A stretch of DNA of 62,899 bases, filler included, from Octopus bimaculoides (Eukaryota): assembly GCF_001194135.2 (NCBI RefSeq). It is 8 parts of 7 records of this genome, joined end to end, with 100 filler letters (N's around TTAATTAATTAA, not from the genome) between each part and the next. Parts side by side here need not be neighbours in the genome. Positions count along the whole stretch, not along the records: positions 1 to 9,267 come from NC_068983.1; positions 9,368 to 32,740 come from NC_068990.1; 6 more parts are not named here. One strand, 5' to 3'. Below are positions 1 to 12,266 of this stretch, piece by piece. Positions within the stretch are counted from its first letter, which is position 1. Each line of letters opens with the position of its first letter. A program made the translations under genes and the position numbers. Below the pieces are notes generated by a model that did no database searches, was not told where the DNA came from, and worked only from the letters and a program-made list of their open reading frames with translations.

Positions 1-551
1 TATATATATATATATATATGTGTGTGTGTATATATCCATGTGACTTCATATGATTTGCGTATCTTGCTTTTGACAACAGAACACGATGACATATACTACA
101 TATTCAATGTTCACTTTTGACTACAGTTCCAATTATTCCTTTGCAACAGGACCTTTAAAGCTGAGACTGCTGAATCATCTTTCCCTCATAGGCATTGCAA
201 ACCAGTGCTAACATCTCTCTCCACTTGTTTCAATCCAGAACATCATTTTCCCAATCACTTTTGTTCATATCTAGTTTCTTCATGTGTCATATGTCACAAA
301 ACCTGTAAGACAGTATCTGAACTTAAAAGAGATATGCTAGTTCACAAAAAACTGTCCTTTAGAATCAGATTCCAAAGGGCAAAGATGTAGATGAAAGTTG
401 AATAATATCTGTCACTTGTGTTATAAATCCTGTCAATCAGCAGCTGGTCTTAAAAGTCATCTAAGGGCTCATCAATGGAGTGGTTCTGCTGTGTGATGGG
501 GTGTAGTGTGTGTGTTCATGAGACGGCTTTCATCTGTCAAGGTGAAGCAAT

Positions 552-601
<50 letters not shown>

Positions 602-913
602 ATACACCTGCTTGTTGTTTATACACTTGTCTTCGTCTTGTCTTTCTTAAATTTTAACAATATATGTATATATATCGCTGTGACATCCGTGGGCGTCTGT
701 GTGCTTCTAGTTTTGGACTGCGAAGTCACATGCGATCATATCGCTGAGAACACAGCCTTTGTCATCATCGGACACTGATGGGCTACCTACTATATATATA
801 TATGTGTATGTATATATATATGGGAGAATTTACGAAAAAAAAACAACAGACGAAGACAGGTGGTGTAAACAACAAATGGATGTATTAGTTTAACGCTCGG
901 GAATAGAGAAAGT

Positions 914-948
914 CTTTGACGTTTCGAGCTACGCTCTTCAACTGAAAG
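914..948 (-). ncRNA. Degenerate minimal type I hammerhead-like motif in a short PLE-type terminal unit
   Basis: Minus strand reads CUUU-CAGUUGA-A-GAGC(GUA)GCUC-GAAA-C-GUC|AAAG. Stems I and II pair perfectly. Stem III is the loopless palindrome ACGU. The core deviates from CUGANGA at two positions. Confidence 0.5.
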
Positions 949-1753
949 GAATACAGAAAGAAATAAGGAGAGACACAAGGAGAAAAAATATAAATGTAGT
1001 GGTCAGCGATCTATCATGGCGAATGCCAGACGGAAGGTTCACACAGGAGAGCTAAGAAAAAGGGGATATATGTATGTATATATGTATATATAAAAGTGTA
1101 TAAAATTCGGGTAATATTATGTGTGATGACGTAAGATAGTAGTTGCATAAAATTGTTGCTCACGTCGACTTTCTGCCGAAATTCCAACTTGAGTCACAAC
1201 TAAAAACGTAAGGATGTTATAGCTCAACTGAGCAGGTACATGTATGATAGAATAAACTGATAAACAAGTAATCAATTGGTATCCGGTTAGATTCTGCCAT
1301 TTATATATTTAAACATGGGGTTTGAATTGATACCGGAGTACAGCTCGCAGCAGCTCGATAAAAGATCAGTTGAAGAACGATCATAAGGGTTATGGTATAT
1401 GCTAGTATTCTCCCGGAACAGTTATACGGTAAGTCGATATTATTGGTGTAGGTAAAGCTTATCATCGTAGGTAGAATCCAAAGTTGGATGAGATGAAAGG
1501 AAGAAGGAAGAAAGGACGAATGCAAGCAGATATTTTCCTACAACCGTTTCAAGGGTGGATGTGCAGATGGTGCAATTTGCTTGTAAACGATCTGCAGCCG
1601 ACTTTATAGTTGCGATCTATTCCAGCATCAGCATACATACATACATGGATGTATATACACATACGTATATATATGATGATGTATGAACATATTTAAGATA
1701 TACGCTCATATACACACAAGCACATATATAATGATATATACGTACATGTATAA

Positions 1754-1796
<43 letters not shown>

Positions 1797-2434
1797 GACT
1801 CACAAGGCCCTATTTGTATTATTTCATCTTCACGATAGTCTTTAGCGATAGTCGTGAAATAATTACTTCCATGTGTTCTGAAGCAAATGCATTAATTTGT
1901 CTACTATAGTGATAACATGCTAGTCGTTCGTGTTCGTACAAGATTATTTCAGCGCCAAAGAGATATACAACTACACACACGGACATGATGAAACATTCAT
2001 ACGCCATTACACCATACGCTTATACATGCAGATAAATAAACATATATATAGTCTGACACGCTGAAGAACAGCTGTTTCAAGTAATTTTTACAGGGACGTG
2101 TATTATAATGATATCTATAAATACAAAATATATTGCTCTATACTATATACTTAAAAAAGATTTTACACGCACGCACGCACACAGACACAGACAGACACAC
2201 ACATACACAATTAAAATGACAAAGAAACAGGAAACTAAGCAAAGAAATTCATTAGGTTACAGCTGTTTCTGCTGCAGACGCAGTGCACTGAGAGCTGAGT
2301 GCTTGTTCATCACCATATTGATTCAGCTAAGGTAATTTAGTTCATTGCATAATTTCCTCTTCCTTTGTCATTTATAAATTTCATATTAAACCCTGTGCTC
2401 GGTTAATGTCTTATTCTGAAGCATATGTACATTG

Positions 2435-2750
2435 GTGGAGGCGCAATGGCCCAGTGGTTAGGGCAGCGGACGCGTGGTCGGGGGATCGCGGTTTCGATTC
2501 CCAGACCGGGCGTTGTGTGTGTTTATTGAGCGAAAACACTTAAAAGCTCCATGAGTTTCCGGCAGGGGGTGGTGACGACCCCTGTTGTACTCCTTCTCCC
2601 CAACTTTCTCTCACTCTTTCTTCCTGTTTCTTGAGTAACGCTGCGATGGACTGGCGTCCCGTCCTGCTGGGGGGAACACATACGCCATAGAAACCAGGAA
2701 ACCGGGGCCCATGTGCCTGGCTAGGCTTGAAAAAGGGCGCATAAACAAGT
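2435..2750 (+). mobile_element. tRNA-derived SINE, family B, tail type 1
   Basis: tRNA-like head with A-box (tggcccagtgg) and B-box (ggtttcgattccc). The head is shared with the copies at 3531-3921 and 40873-40911. The 3' part contains gctgcgatggactggcgtcccgtcc, resembling conserved central SINE domains. Confidence 0.85.
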
Positions 2751-2828
2751 AATAATATGTATATTGGGTTGTAAGACCAGGTTATTACTATCACTATATA
2801 TGTATGTTTGTGCATGTATATGTATATA

Positions 2829-2990
2829 TATGAGGAGGTGCCGACAAGTTCCTGGCTTTGGGTAAAAGAAAACACAGGCTCAGCTAATTTTAATTTTTTC
2901 AAATTCTTCCCCTCTAAGGTCCACACTCATTGCAATGGTCCTTCAGTTTTACGAAGGCCGGAGCCAGGAACTTTTCAGCATCCCCCCGTA
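2829..2990. mobile_element. Mariner-derived MITE
   Basis: TIRs tatgaggaggtgccgacaagttcctggct / agccaggaacttttcagcatccccccgta with TA at both ends. The interior matches the 46629-46848 copy in reverse orientation. Confidence 0.85.
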
Positions 2991-3020
2991 TATATCTGTG
3001 CGTATTAGTACGCGTGCGCT

Positions 3021-3057
<37 letters not shown>

Positions 3058-3530
3058 GTGCGCGTGTTTGTTTGTGTGTGTGAGTGAGTGCGTGTATGTG
3101 TGCGTAGGATGGCGAGTAGTCGGTGCCTCCTTTCTCAAGCTCAGAGCTGACCAGAAGCAATGAACAACAAGCCAAAAATAAAATAAATAAATATATAAAT
3201 AAATAAAAATCCTATAAAAATGTGCCGAGACTAAAGAGAAGAAAATATCTGTAGGAACCTAAACGAAAGTTTTATCAAGATTAGATATAACAGCTTATTG
3301 GAACAGATAGGTTACCTGGGAGGACATAAAGGATATTGTATTTATTGAATAGGATAAGAAGAGCGATTAATTTGAAATTTGAACTAAAGACGAGAAGCTC
3401 AAGGTAAAATCCATACAACAATTATACATACAGCTAAAAGGAACATTTTCTACTGAATATGGCAAACTTCGTAACTGAACCAAATTCGAAGGTGCTCAGA
3501 AGCATGTCCAGATGCCAACTCGGTTTACCA

Positions 3531-3921
3531 TGTTGTTGTTGTTGGCACTCCGTCGCTTACGACGTTGAGGGTTCCAGTTGATCCGATCAACGGAACAGCC
3601 TGCTCGTGAAATCAACGTGCAAGTGGCTGAGCACTCCACAGACACGTGTACCCTTAACGTAGTTCTCGGGGATATTCAGCGTGACACAATGTGACAAGGC
3701 TGACCCATTGAATTACAGGCACAACAGAAACAGGAAGTAAGAGTGAGAGAAAGTTGTGGTGAAAGAGTACAACAGGGTTCGTCACCTTCCCCTGCCGGAG
3801 CCTCGTGAAGCTTTAGGTGTTTTCGCTCAATAAACACTCACGACGCCCGGTCTGGGAATCGAAACCGCGATCCTATGACCGCGAGTCCGCTGCCCTAACC
3901 ACTGGGCCATTGCGCCTCCAC
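3531..3921 (-). mobile_element. tRNA-derived SINE, family B, tail type 2
   Basis: Reverse complement of the 2435 head over about 200 nt, then a different tail ending in (aac)n. Confidence 0.85.
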
Positions 3922-4040
3922 TCGGTTTGCCATAATCAAAGATGTACGTGTTCAAAATCGTTAGATAGTCTGTGTCGACATAACATCCGGTTTCTGAATA
4001 CTATGCTGATGGATTACTTTTATGAAGATTACTTAATGAC

Positions 4041-4364
4041 AGACGCAGGCATGGGGCGTGGGTGTAAGTAGCTTACTTCTCAACCACATGGTTCCCGGTT
4101 CAATCTCACTGCATGGCACCTTCGGAAAGAGTCTTCTACCATAGCCTCGGGCCGACTACAAACCTCGTGAGTGGATTTGTTAGACGGAAACTAAAAAAAA
4201 ACCGTCCTACATACACTCGCACACTCACACACTCACACACACATATATGAGTGTGTGTCCTTGTTCCCCACCACCACTTGACAACCGGTGTTGGTGTGTT
4301 TACGCCCCCGTAACATAACGGTTCGGCAAAAAGAGATTGATAGAATAAGTACAAGGCTTAAAAA
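4041..4364 (+). mobile_element. tRNA-derived SINE, family A (octopus OR/CORE-like), 3' truncated
   Basis: Homologous to 12267-12670 and 41355-41772: head, ctactatagcctcgggccgac, internal CA/TG microsatellite, ggttcggcaaa...gatagaataagtac. Confidence 0.85.
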
Positions 4365-4815
4365 CATGTAGGCATTACGAAGTTTGCTTCTCAGTTATAA
4401 GCGTCCAGGATTCGTGGATGAGACAATTTGCCGCAGCATTTTTGAAACTGAAAATCTGGCACGGCTGACTTGGTATTCAAGATGTTTTGGCGATACTACA
4501 ATTTGAAGTTGATGGAAAACACATATACACATACCTTCGCGCGTGCAGAAGTGTATAGATTCTAGTAAATGGTGTGAGATACAGAGAGAGAGGGAGAAGA
4601 AGAAAATGATATTACGTATGCATGCAAACGTAACTAGATGCTTACAGCCATAAACAGAGAGAGAGAGAGAGAGGGGGAGAAAGAGAGAGCGATAGATAAA
4701 GAGGAGGAGAGAGAAGAGAACGAGAGAAATATTAGAACGAAAGTTTAAAGCGTTTAATGTCAAATAAGTCATCGTCGAACTAGCGATATCAAATAAGTAG
4801 CGCTGAAACGGCAAC

Positions 4816-4993
4816 GGGAGGGGGCTGAAAATTTCCTGGCATTACGGGCATCGTGAAAGCCCTGGCTGGAGGCGGAATCTTCCGAATTATTTTACATGAC
4901 TTAAAATCACTGAAGGAGCGCTGCATGCAACCAATGTGTGAATTTGAGAGGGGAATACGTTGAATAAAATTATAATTAACTGGTCCTCGTATA
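4816..4993 (+). mobile_element. Mariner-derived MITE, partial
   Basis: Left TIR gagggggctgaaaatttcctggc and interior gagagggggaatacgttgaataaaattataattaactggtcctc shared with 46629-46848. No right TIR. Confidence 0.75.
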
Positions 4994-5353
4994 CTACAAG
5001 GTCTCATAATCCAGAAATCAAACCCATTGCGTGTTAACTTCGGCAAACTCCTTAAACTACAGCTTGCGCTCTACCCTCGCCTTCTGTTTGAAATCACACA
5101 CATAGAAAGGAAGGTTGTATTTGTAATTCAAAGATGCCGCCTTACTACACTATGTTAAACCTGCTACCATATTGAAATTCCATTAAAGATACACATATCT
5201 GTGGAATGTATAACCTCTCTCATTATAATATAATGAGAAGGCAGTTCAGCAGATGAACAACCAAAAATTCATGTTCGGAAATTCTAACCGAAATCCATTT
5301 TGTGAAATTTTTGCTCCATCAGTCGTTAATGATACCCCACCTCACACACACAC

Positions 5354-5393
<40 letters not shown>

Positions 5394-5428
5394 TCATATA
5401 TATACATACCATCAGTCTTTAATGATAT

Positions 5429-5478
<50 letters not shown>

Positions 5479-5899
5479 GCATGTATCTATCTCTATAGGT
5501 GTTTATATACGTACACACACACACACACACACACACGCACATAATATATATGTATGTGTGTGTAAATAGTAGGTCTATCATTTAATAATTTCTCCATAGA
5601 TAGGAGAGAATGAGAAACAACCTTAAGTGATTTTCGAACATGACTGGGTTCTCATCTGTGGCGTCTACGTCACTTCGACCGATCTCAGGAAAATAAGTAG
5701 GCAATGTGTTTATATACGCAACAAATCCAGTAGGTACAGAGAACTGGATCTACAATTTGCATACAGTGAGTGTTTAACACTTTGCTGAATATCAGCGAAC
5801 TTTCAAGGGCGATCTGAGTCCACACAATATCAAGGCATGATAAAGGATAAAATGGTAAAGACCATCTTCGGTCAGTGAATATCCATGGGATTGCATTCA

Positions 5900-6200
5900 T
5901 AAGTTTACCTTCCGCGGCACACGTCTGGGCAAGTTTGCTTTACTGAATGAAGACCAGCATTCGCCCATGCGTACTAGCCTCCTCTCTCCACGCCACCGAT
6001 GTTATCCAAGGGAAACACAAAGGCAAATACAGTTTGGCACTAGTGACGTCGCAACTCATTGCTACAGTTGAGTGAACTGGAACAACGTGAAATAAAGTGG
6101 CTTGCTCAAGAACACAACACACAGCCCGGCTGGGGAACCGAACACACTACCTCATGACTGTGAGCCCGACGCTCTAACCACTGGATCAGGCGTCTTCTTA
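5900..6200 (-). mobile_element. tRNA-derived SINE, family C
   Basis: Reverse tRNA-like head (ggggaaccgaac...ctctaaccactgg) next to gttgtgttcttgagcaagccactttatttcacgttgttccagttcactc on the minus strand, a typical SINE body. Confidence 0.65.
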
Positions 6201-6271
6201 AAGTATGATATAAGTTATGTAACCTATGTAAGAAATATATAAACATGGCAAATTTAACCACTTCTCCGCAG

Positions 6272-6441
6272 ACTGAAAAAATAATGATCAGCTTTAATGA
6301 ACAGGTCGACGAATTGCTATGGGTGAGGAAGCGCGGGAAGCGGTGCTTAAATGACGATGCTACCAGCCGAAAACCATCTTCTCCGATGGAATGGGAAAAC
6401 TTGTGGACTGCTGCAAGAAGTGCAGGAGATAATGCAAGGAG
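6272..6441 (+). CDS. Candidate internal exon of an unidentified gene
   Basis: Acceptor cttctccgcag| and donor ag|gtaatt. Open in frame 0 (TEKIMISFNEQVDELLWVRKRGKRC...SAGDNAR) and more GC-rich than the flanks. No recognisable homology. Confidence 0.25.
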
Positions 6442-6650
6442 GTAATTTCGAAAACTGATATAAGCGTTCAAACCTTGATTTTGTTTAAATAAACTACAGA
6501 ATTAAGTGTGCGTATAATTATTTAATCACACTCGTATGTATGTAGATATGTATATGTGCGTATATGTGCACTAGTGCACCATTCTTTCTTTGCCACGTTT
6601 GGATATGTAAGTATTGGTTCCTGAAGTCTGCTTTGCTATTTACCCTCTAG

Positions 6651-6741
6651 GTTCAACAAAAATAAGGGGTGGGGGTCACGTATTGCGGCTCCTATGATGG
6701 AATATATCTCTTCCTCACACAACATGGCACCGTGCCCATAA
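6651..6741 (+). CDS. Candidate terminal coding exon, phase-compatible with 6272-6441
   Basis: Acceptor ttaccctctag|. Joining in phase 2 gives ...RRFNKNKGWGSRIAAPMMEYISSSHNMAPCP* (TAA at 6739-6741). Confidence 0.22.
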
Positions 6742-6752
6742 CAGACAGACAT

Positions 6753-7059
6753 TATTATTATCATCATTATTATTATTATTATTATTATAATTATTATCAT
6801 TATTAATATTATTATTAGTATTATTATCATCATTATATAATTATTTATTATTTATCGTTTGGATAATCTCCAGGAATATTATTTTATCAAAATCTATGCA
6901 CGTTTTAGGTTTTGCTTTCTGCATCGATGATATTGTTGGCTGCGATAATAGTCGTAATTTTCATTGATATACACAGCGCGCACACACACACGCACGCACG
7001 CACGAACGCACGCACACACACACACACGCATGCACACATGCACGCACACACACGCACGC

Positions 7060-7106
<47 letters not shown>

Positions 7107-7163
7107 TATACATGTGTGAATGTATGCGTATACACACATATATATGCATATGGATATATATGA

Positions 7164-7252
<89 letters not shown>

Positions 7253-7500
7253 CATAAACGTATATATGTAAGTGTGTGTGCATGTGTGCCTGCGAGTATG
7301 TGTTCACAAACAACCTTACAAATAGATGCACAGGTACATATACACGTATACAGGTGAGCGCTGACACACACACACACACGCACATACACACACGTATACT
7401 CAAACGCATACATAGATACATACAGACATATTTATATGTGTGTGTGTGTGTGTGTGCATGCGTGTGTGTGTATGTGTATGCGTGTCTGTATGTCTGTGTG
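6753..7500. repeat. Compound (TTA)n/(CA)n/(TA)n/(TG)n microsatellite tract
   Basis: Directly visible simple repeats. The ORFs called here are artefacts. Confidence 0.95.
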
Positions 7501-7948
7501 CTTTTCATTGGCAGCCAGTGTGCACCTAACGTTCCATTATGTACAGGTAATTTACCACATTGTGTAAGTTTGACTCAGGTTGGTACCATTTCAAACATTC
7601 TTGATTCTAGACACACCTAAAAGTGCACCTGCTCTGCTACATATACGTGTCAAATATTGACATTTTTACTCCTATGTTATTTTTGGCCAACTCAATTAAT
7701 ATTTTGTCAATGTTTGTTGTAATATTTAGCTGCCTATAAGGTCAGTACACGGCAGAATCTGTAGTGCATTATACTAAAATATAAGATTTTCAGGCGATAA
7801 AGGAGTCTCTCAGTTCGATAAACTAGCGAGACACAATAGCTAAATTTCTCTTAACTCATATGTATTAATTTTAGAAACCAAGAGAGTTGCATACTGTATA
7901 TGTAAGTATATTTGCGCGCGCGCACACACCCACGCACATATATGCCTA

Positions 7949-7987
<39 letters not shown>

Positions 7988-8322
7988 GTATANNNNNNNN
8001 NNNNNNNNNNNNNNNNNNNNNNNNNNNNNNNNNNNNNNNNNNNNNNNNNNNNNNNNNNNNNNNNNNNNNNNNNNNNNNNNNNNNNNNNNNNNNNNNNNNN
8101 NNNNNNNNNNNNNNNNNNNNNNNNNNNNNNNNNNNNNNNNNNNNNNNNNNNNNNNNNNNNNNNNNNNNNNNNNNNNNNNNNNNNNNNNNNNNNNNNNNNN
8201 NNNNNNNNNNNNNNNNNNNNNNNNNNNNNNNNNNNNNNNNNNNNNNNNNNNNNNNNNNNNNNNNNNNNNNNNNNNNNNNNNNNNNNNNNNNNNNNCACAC
8301 ACACACACACACACACACACAC

Positions 8323-9105
8323 CAAGGGCGACGCCAGATCGTCAGCGTCACTCGGGCTCATTACAGATTTCGCATAAGACACATGCTTGCTCGAAGAAGC
8401 TCACGTTTTTCCGCAATATTCCTAGCCCCAAATGGCTTATTTTTTTAACATCTAGCACTATGTCTTTCTTCATTTCTAAGTTAAGGGTAAAAATAAAGCA
8501 ACCCTGCAAAACACAACTGATCTTTATACATAGACACACAGAATAACACCAATCAAACAACGACAGCCGACTGTACAACAAACATCAGCGATCTGACTGT
8601 CGACTGTAATCTTGATAAGAGATGCCAATCTTTTACACTTAGCAGATTCGTGCGTTTTAGCCCGAGTTGCTGGATATTTGTTCGTTCCTTTAAGAATATT
8701 GTAGAACGAAAAGTTTCCATAGATTGGACTTTAATCTTAATCTCTATAGAAATTTATTGCTTCAAGAAAACATTGAATTTGCATTACTTTTAATTTTTAC
8801 GATTATAGATAACAACTCGGGTTGTTGCATCTGAGCCGAAATCAGGCGCTGGTGAACGATGTGAGAACGTCTGCTACGAATGGTATTTTTTCTGACATAG
8901 GGGACCTCTAAGATGACTGCCAGACGCTAAACAAAAATAAATAAACTGTAGCCAAGCTTTATTACTGGAGCCCGAGTTATTGGCTGCAATTCCATACTTG
9001 AAGTTAGTGTTGGCAGAAATTAAATCAACTTGCAAATACACTTTCACTTTACTAAATTTATACCCTGGCTAAGCCCGAACAGCCCGAGTGCCGGAGTCGC
9101 CACTG
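8323..9105. mobile_element. Non-autonomous hAT-like DNA transposon (MITE)
   Basis: Imperfect TIRs caagggcgac / gtcgccactg (= CAGTGGCGAC). The motif AGCCCGAG/CTCGGGCT or a one-mismatch variant occurs six times, including at both ends. No TSD is visible because the flanks are microsatellites. Confidence 0.6.
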
Positions 9106-9185
9106 GTATATATATAATATAGACTGAATATATTTATCACATAATTTCACACCTGTCTTCGTCTTTTGTTTTTTGTAAATTCCAA

Positions 9186-9267
<82 letters not shown>

Positions 9268-9311
9268 NNNNNNNNNNNNNNNNNNNNNNNNNNNNNNNNN
9301 NNNNNNNNNNN

Positions 9312-9323
9312 TTAATTAATTAA
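9312..9323. other. Artificial scaffolding spacer TTAATTAATTAA (stop codons in all six frames)
   Basis: Centred in 44N+12+44N. Identical spacers at 32785, 35929, 43147, 57329, 59294 and 60881. Confidence 0.95.
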
Positions 9324-10860
9324 NNNNNNNNNNNNNNNNNNNNNNNNNNNNNNNNNNNNNNNNNNNNTATATATGCATATACATACATCTAAATATGTAC
9401 ATAAACACACACTAATACAGCACACATACAAAAAAACACAAACACACACATATATATATGTACGTTTGTGTGTATCGATTGTTGCTTCATATTCTTGATG
9501 CTATTATAAATACCCATATCAATAACTAAAAATTTATTTTATTTCTGTCTCGTTGAATAAATCTAAAGAAAATAATGTTCAGAAAATACTACTAAAATTA
9601 AAACAATGAAACGAAACGTATTAAAATGGCATCCGATTAATGGAAAAAAAAAACACTATTAGTTATGATTATCTTGATTAATATAATGAATATGTTGATG
9701 ATTATTCAGAGTGATGATGAATTACATTTAAGCATTTCGAGATATTTGACAAAAATGTTTGTCTTCAGTTGAAAGTTGATGCTCAAGATGTTGTTGAAGA
9801 TTATTAGTAACGGAAAACAATAATAATTTAAGTAATATTAAGATAAAAACGAGCACAACCAAACTAATACAGAAAATTTATTCCATATTTCTATATTTTC
9901 TGAAACTGTTTTGAATGTACAAGATACAGACGTACGGACATATATTAGACTTAGTTATAGATGTGTCTGCGTGTGTATGCATGAGCGTCATAGACACATA
10001 TATGTGTGTATGTATGTATATATATGAATATATCTATAAATATATATATGTGTGCGTATATATATATATATATATATNNNNNNNNNNNNNNNNNNNNNNN
10101 NNNNNNNNNNNNNNNNNNNNNNNNNNNNNNNNNNNNNNNNNNNNNNNNNNNNNNNNNNNNNNNNNNNNNNNNNNNNNNNNNNNNNNNNNNNNNNNNNNNN
10201 NNNNNNNNNNNNNNNNNNNNNNNNNNNNNNNNNNNNNNNNNNNNNNNNNNNNNNNNNNNNNNNNNNNNNNNNNNNNNNNNNNNNNNNNNNNNNNNNNNNN
10301 NNNNNNNNNNNNNNNNNNNNNNNNNNNNNNNNNNNNNNNNNNNNNNNNNNNNNNNNNNNNNNNNNNNNNNNNNNNNNNNNNNNNNNNNNNNNNNNNNNNN
10401 NNNNNNNNNNNNNNNNNNNNNNNNNNNNNNNNNNNNNNNNNNNNNNNNNNNNNNNNNNNNNNNNNNNNNNNNNNNNNNNNNNNNNNNNNNNNNNNNNNNN
10501 NNNNNNNNNNNNNNNNNNNNNNNNNNNNNNNNNNNNNNNNNNNNNNNNNNNNNNNNNNNNNNNNNNNNNNNNNNNNNNNNNNNNNNNNNNNNNNNNNNNN
10601 NNNNNNNNNNNNNNNNNNNNNNNNNNNNNNNNNNNNNNNNNNNNNNNNNNNNNNNNNNNNNNNNNNNNNNNNNNNNNNNNNNNNNNNNNNNNNNNNNNNN
10701 NNNNNNNNNNNNNNNNNNNNNNNNNNNNNNNNNNNNNNNNNNNNNNNNNNNNNNNNNNNNNNNNNNNNNNNNNNNNNNNNNNNNNNNNNNNNNNNNNNNN
10801 NNNNNNNNNNNNNNNNNNNNNNNNNNNNNNNNNNNNNNNNNNNNNNNNNNNNNNNNNNNN

Positions 10861-10905
<45 letters not shown>

Positions 10906-11261
10906 TAATATATGTATATGTATGTGAGTGTGCCTGAATCGTAGACCGAATTTATGTTGATATGTGAAGAACCAATATTTTTAGCCATAACGTTGAAGAT
11001 AAATTCGTTGAATTGTTGCCTCTGTACGGGCTTAGAAATTGATCTCATGTGAATTTATTCAGGAATTTAAATACGCACAAAGTTACATACCTTGGCACTC
11101 ATAGAAAATACTTATTGAATAAGTTATATCATTTACTGGAGATATAGATATGCATGTACTCTCTTTCTCCCTTTCCTTCATTCACGCACACAAACACACA
11201 TACACATATACATATAAGCATATATTTTATCCTATATTTGTGTCCTTAATTGGGATACGGG

Positions 11262-11598
11262 CACACTGGGGAACATCCTTGAAGGTTTAGTGGAACGAAT
11301 CAACTCAAGTACTTAAATGATTTCAAGCATGGAACTTATTTTATCGAAACTTTTTGCCGAACTGTTTAGTTGCAGAAACATCAGCAAACGAACACCGGCT
11401 GTCAAGCTATGATCGGGGGGATAAATACTGTCTCTATCTTTCTCTCTCATACACATACAACACTCACACATATCCGACTGACTTTCAGTTTCCGTCTACC
11501 AAATCCATTCCCAGGGCTTAAGTTAACCTAGAGTTAACATAGAGGATATTTGCGCTCGGTACCATGTATGTTTGGAAGCAAACACAACTACGCCTGCA
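11262..11598 (-). mobile_element. SINE family A, diverged copy
   Basis: ctttcagtttccgtctaccaaatcc and ctttttgccgaac are reverse complements of family A blocks. Confidence 0.7.
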
Positions 11599-11874
11599 TC
11601 TATGAAACACATTTATATATATAAGAATACGTATAAATATGTATGTATGTATGTGTGTATGTGTATGTATGTGTGCGTGTGTATGTGTATGTATGTTTCT
11701 CATTTACCATGCTACTGTGTCGAATAATGTAGATATTGAATCCAGTACGAGGGCAGGTTGAAAATTACATAGAATAATTTTGAAGTAGGAATTCTAGAGC
11801 AGTGAAGTCTTGCATGCATTAAGTTTAACTCTACTTAATAATTGCATTGTTTCTCTCCAGGTTAACTGATATAT

Positions 11875-12262
11875 TTATATAATCTCCTCTGTGTCTATTT
11901 GGATAAATTTGTAACTACTAGTGTCTTTAATATCTTTAAACCATTTAAAAATATTATTAGTGCTAGTGTAGAGTTTCAGGTAATTTAGGTTATTTAGTTT
12001 ATTAATATATTTGTCTAAAATTAACTTACTTAATATCCCTGAATCCGATTTACTGGGACATATTAGTCTTACTTTAGGGTCCGAGTAGAAATTGTCTTTA
12101 TGATCCTTTAAAGTTATCCTAGGGTGCATTGGTACACATGGTCCCGTTTAATTGTCTATCTCATATTTTTCCATGATTAAGCTAGTGGCTTTATTAATAT
12201 TATAAATGGTATCTTCCGGGACAATTTTATATTTTTTTTATTTATTTCCTTTTCTAACTTCC
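11875..12262 (-). mobile_element. Penelope-like element reverse transcriptase N-terminal fragment (pseudogene)
   Basis: ITLKDHKDNFYSDPKVRLICPSKSDSGILSKLILDK...KWFKDI...KFIQID resembles PLE RT pre-motif A (FITLKDHK..F...P.CRLINP.KS..G..SK.ILD). One upstream in-frame stop. Confidence 0.8.
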
Positions 12263-12266
12263 TCAT

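Noticed and set aside
715-775. Minus-strand CCGAUGA hammerhead-like motif
   Set aside because: It needs G12 restored and U16.1 re-inserted. Too degenerate to call, so it is mentioned only as a hint.
1530-1635. Minus-strand GAAACGGUUGUA with upstream CUGAUGC as a hammerhead
   Set aside because: The core is wrong at A9 and stem I does not pair.
2060-2100. Third gaaacagctgt palindrome (minus strand)
   Set aside because: There is no CUGANGA core or stem I upstream.
4394-4472. Possible exon YKRPGFVDETICRSIFETENLARLT
   Set aside because: The donor is weak, it cannot be phased with the downstream candidates, and no homology is recognised.
9700-9765. Minus-strand CUGAAGA...GAAA
   Set aside because: Stems I, II and III do not form.
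11746-11860. tacgagggcaggttgaaaa as a Tc1/mariner left end
   Set aside because: No matching right TIR was found in the window.
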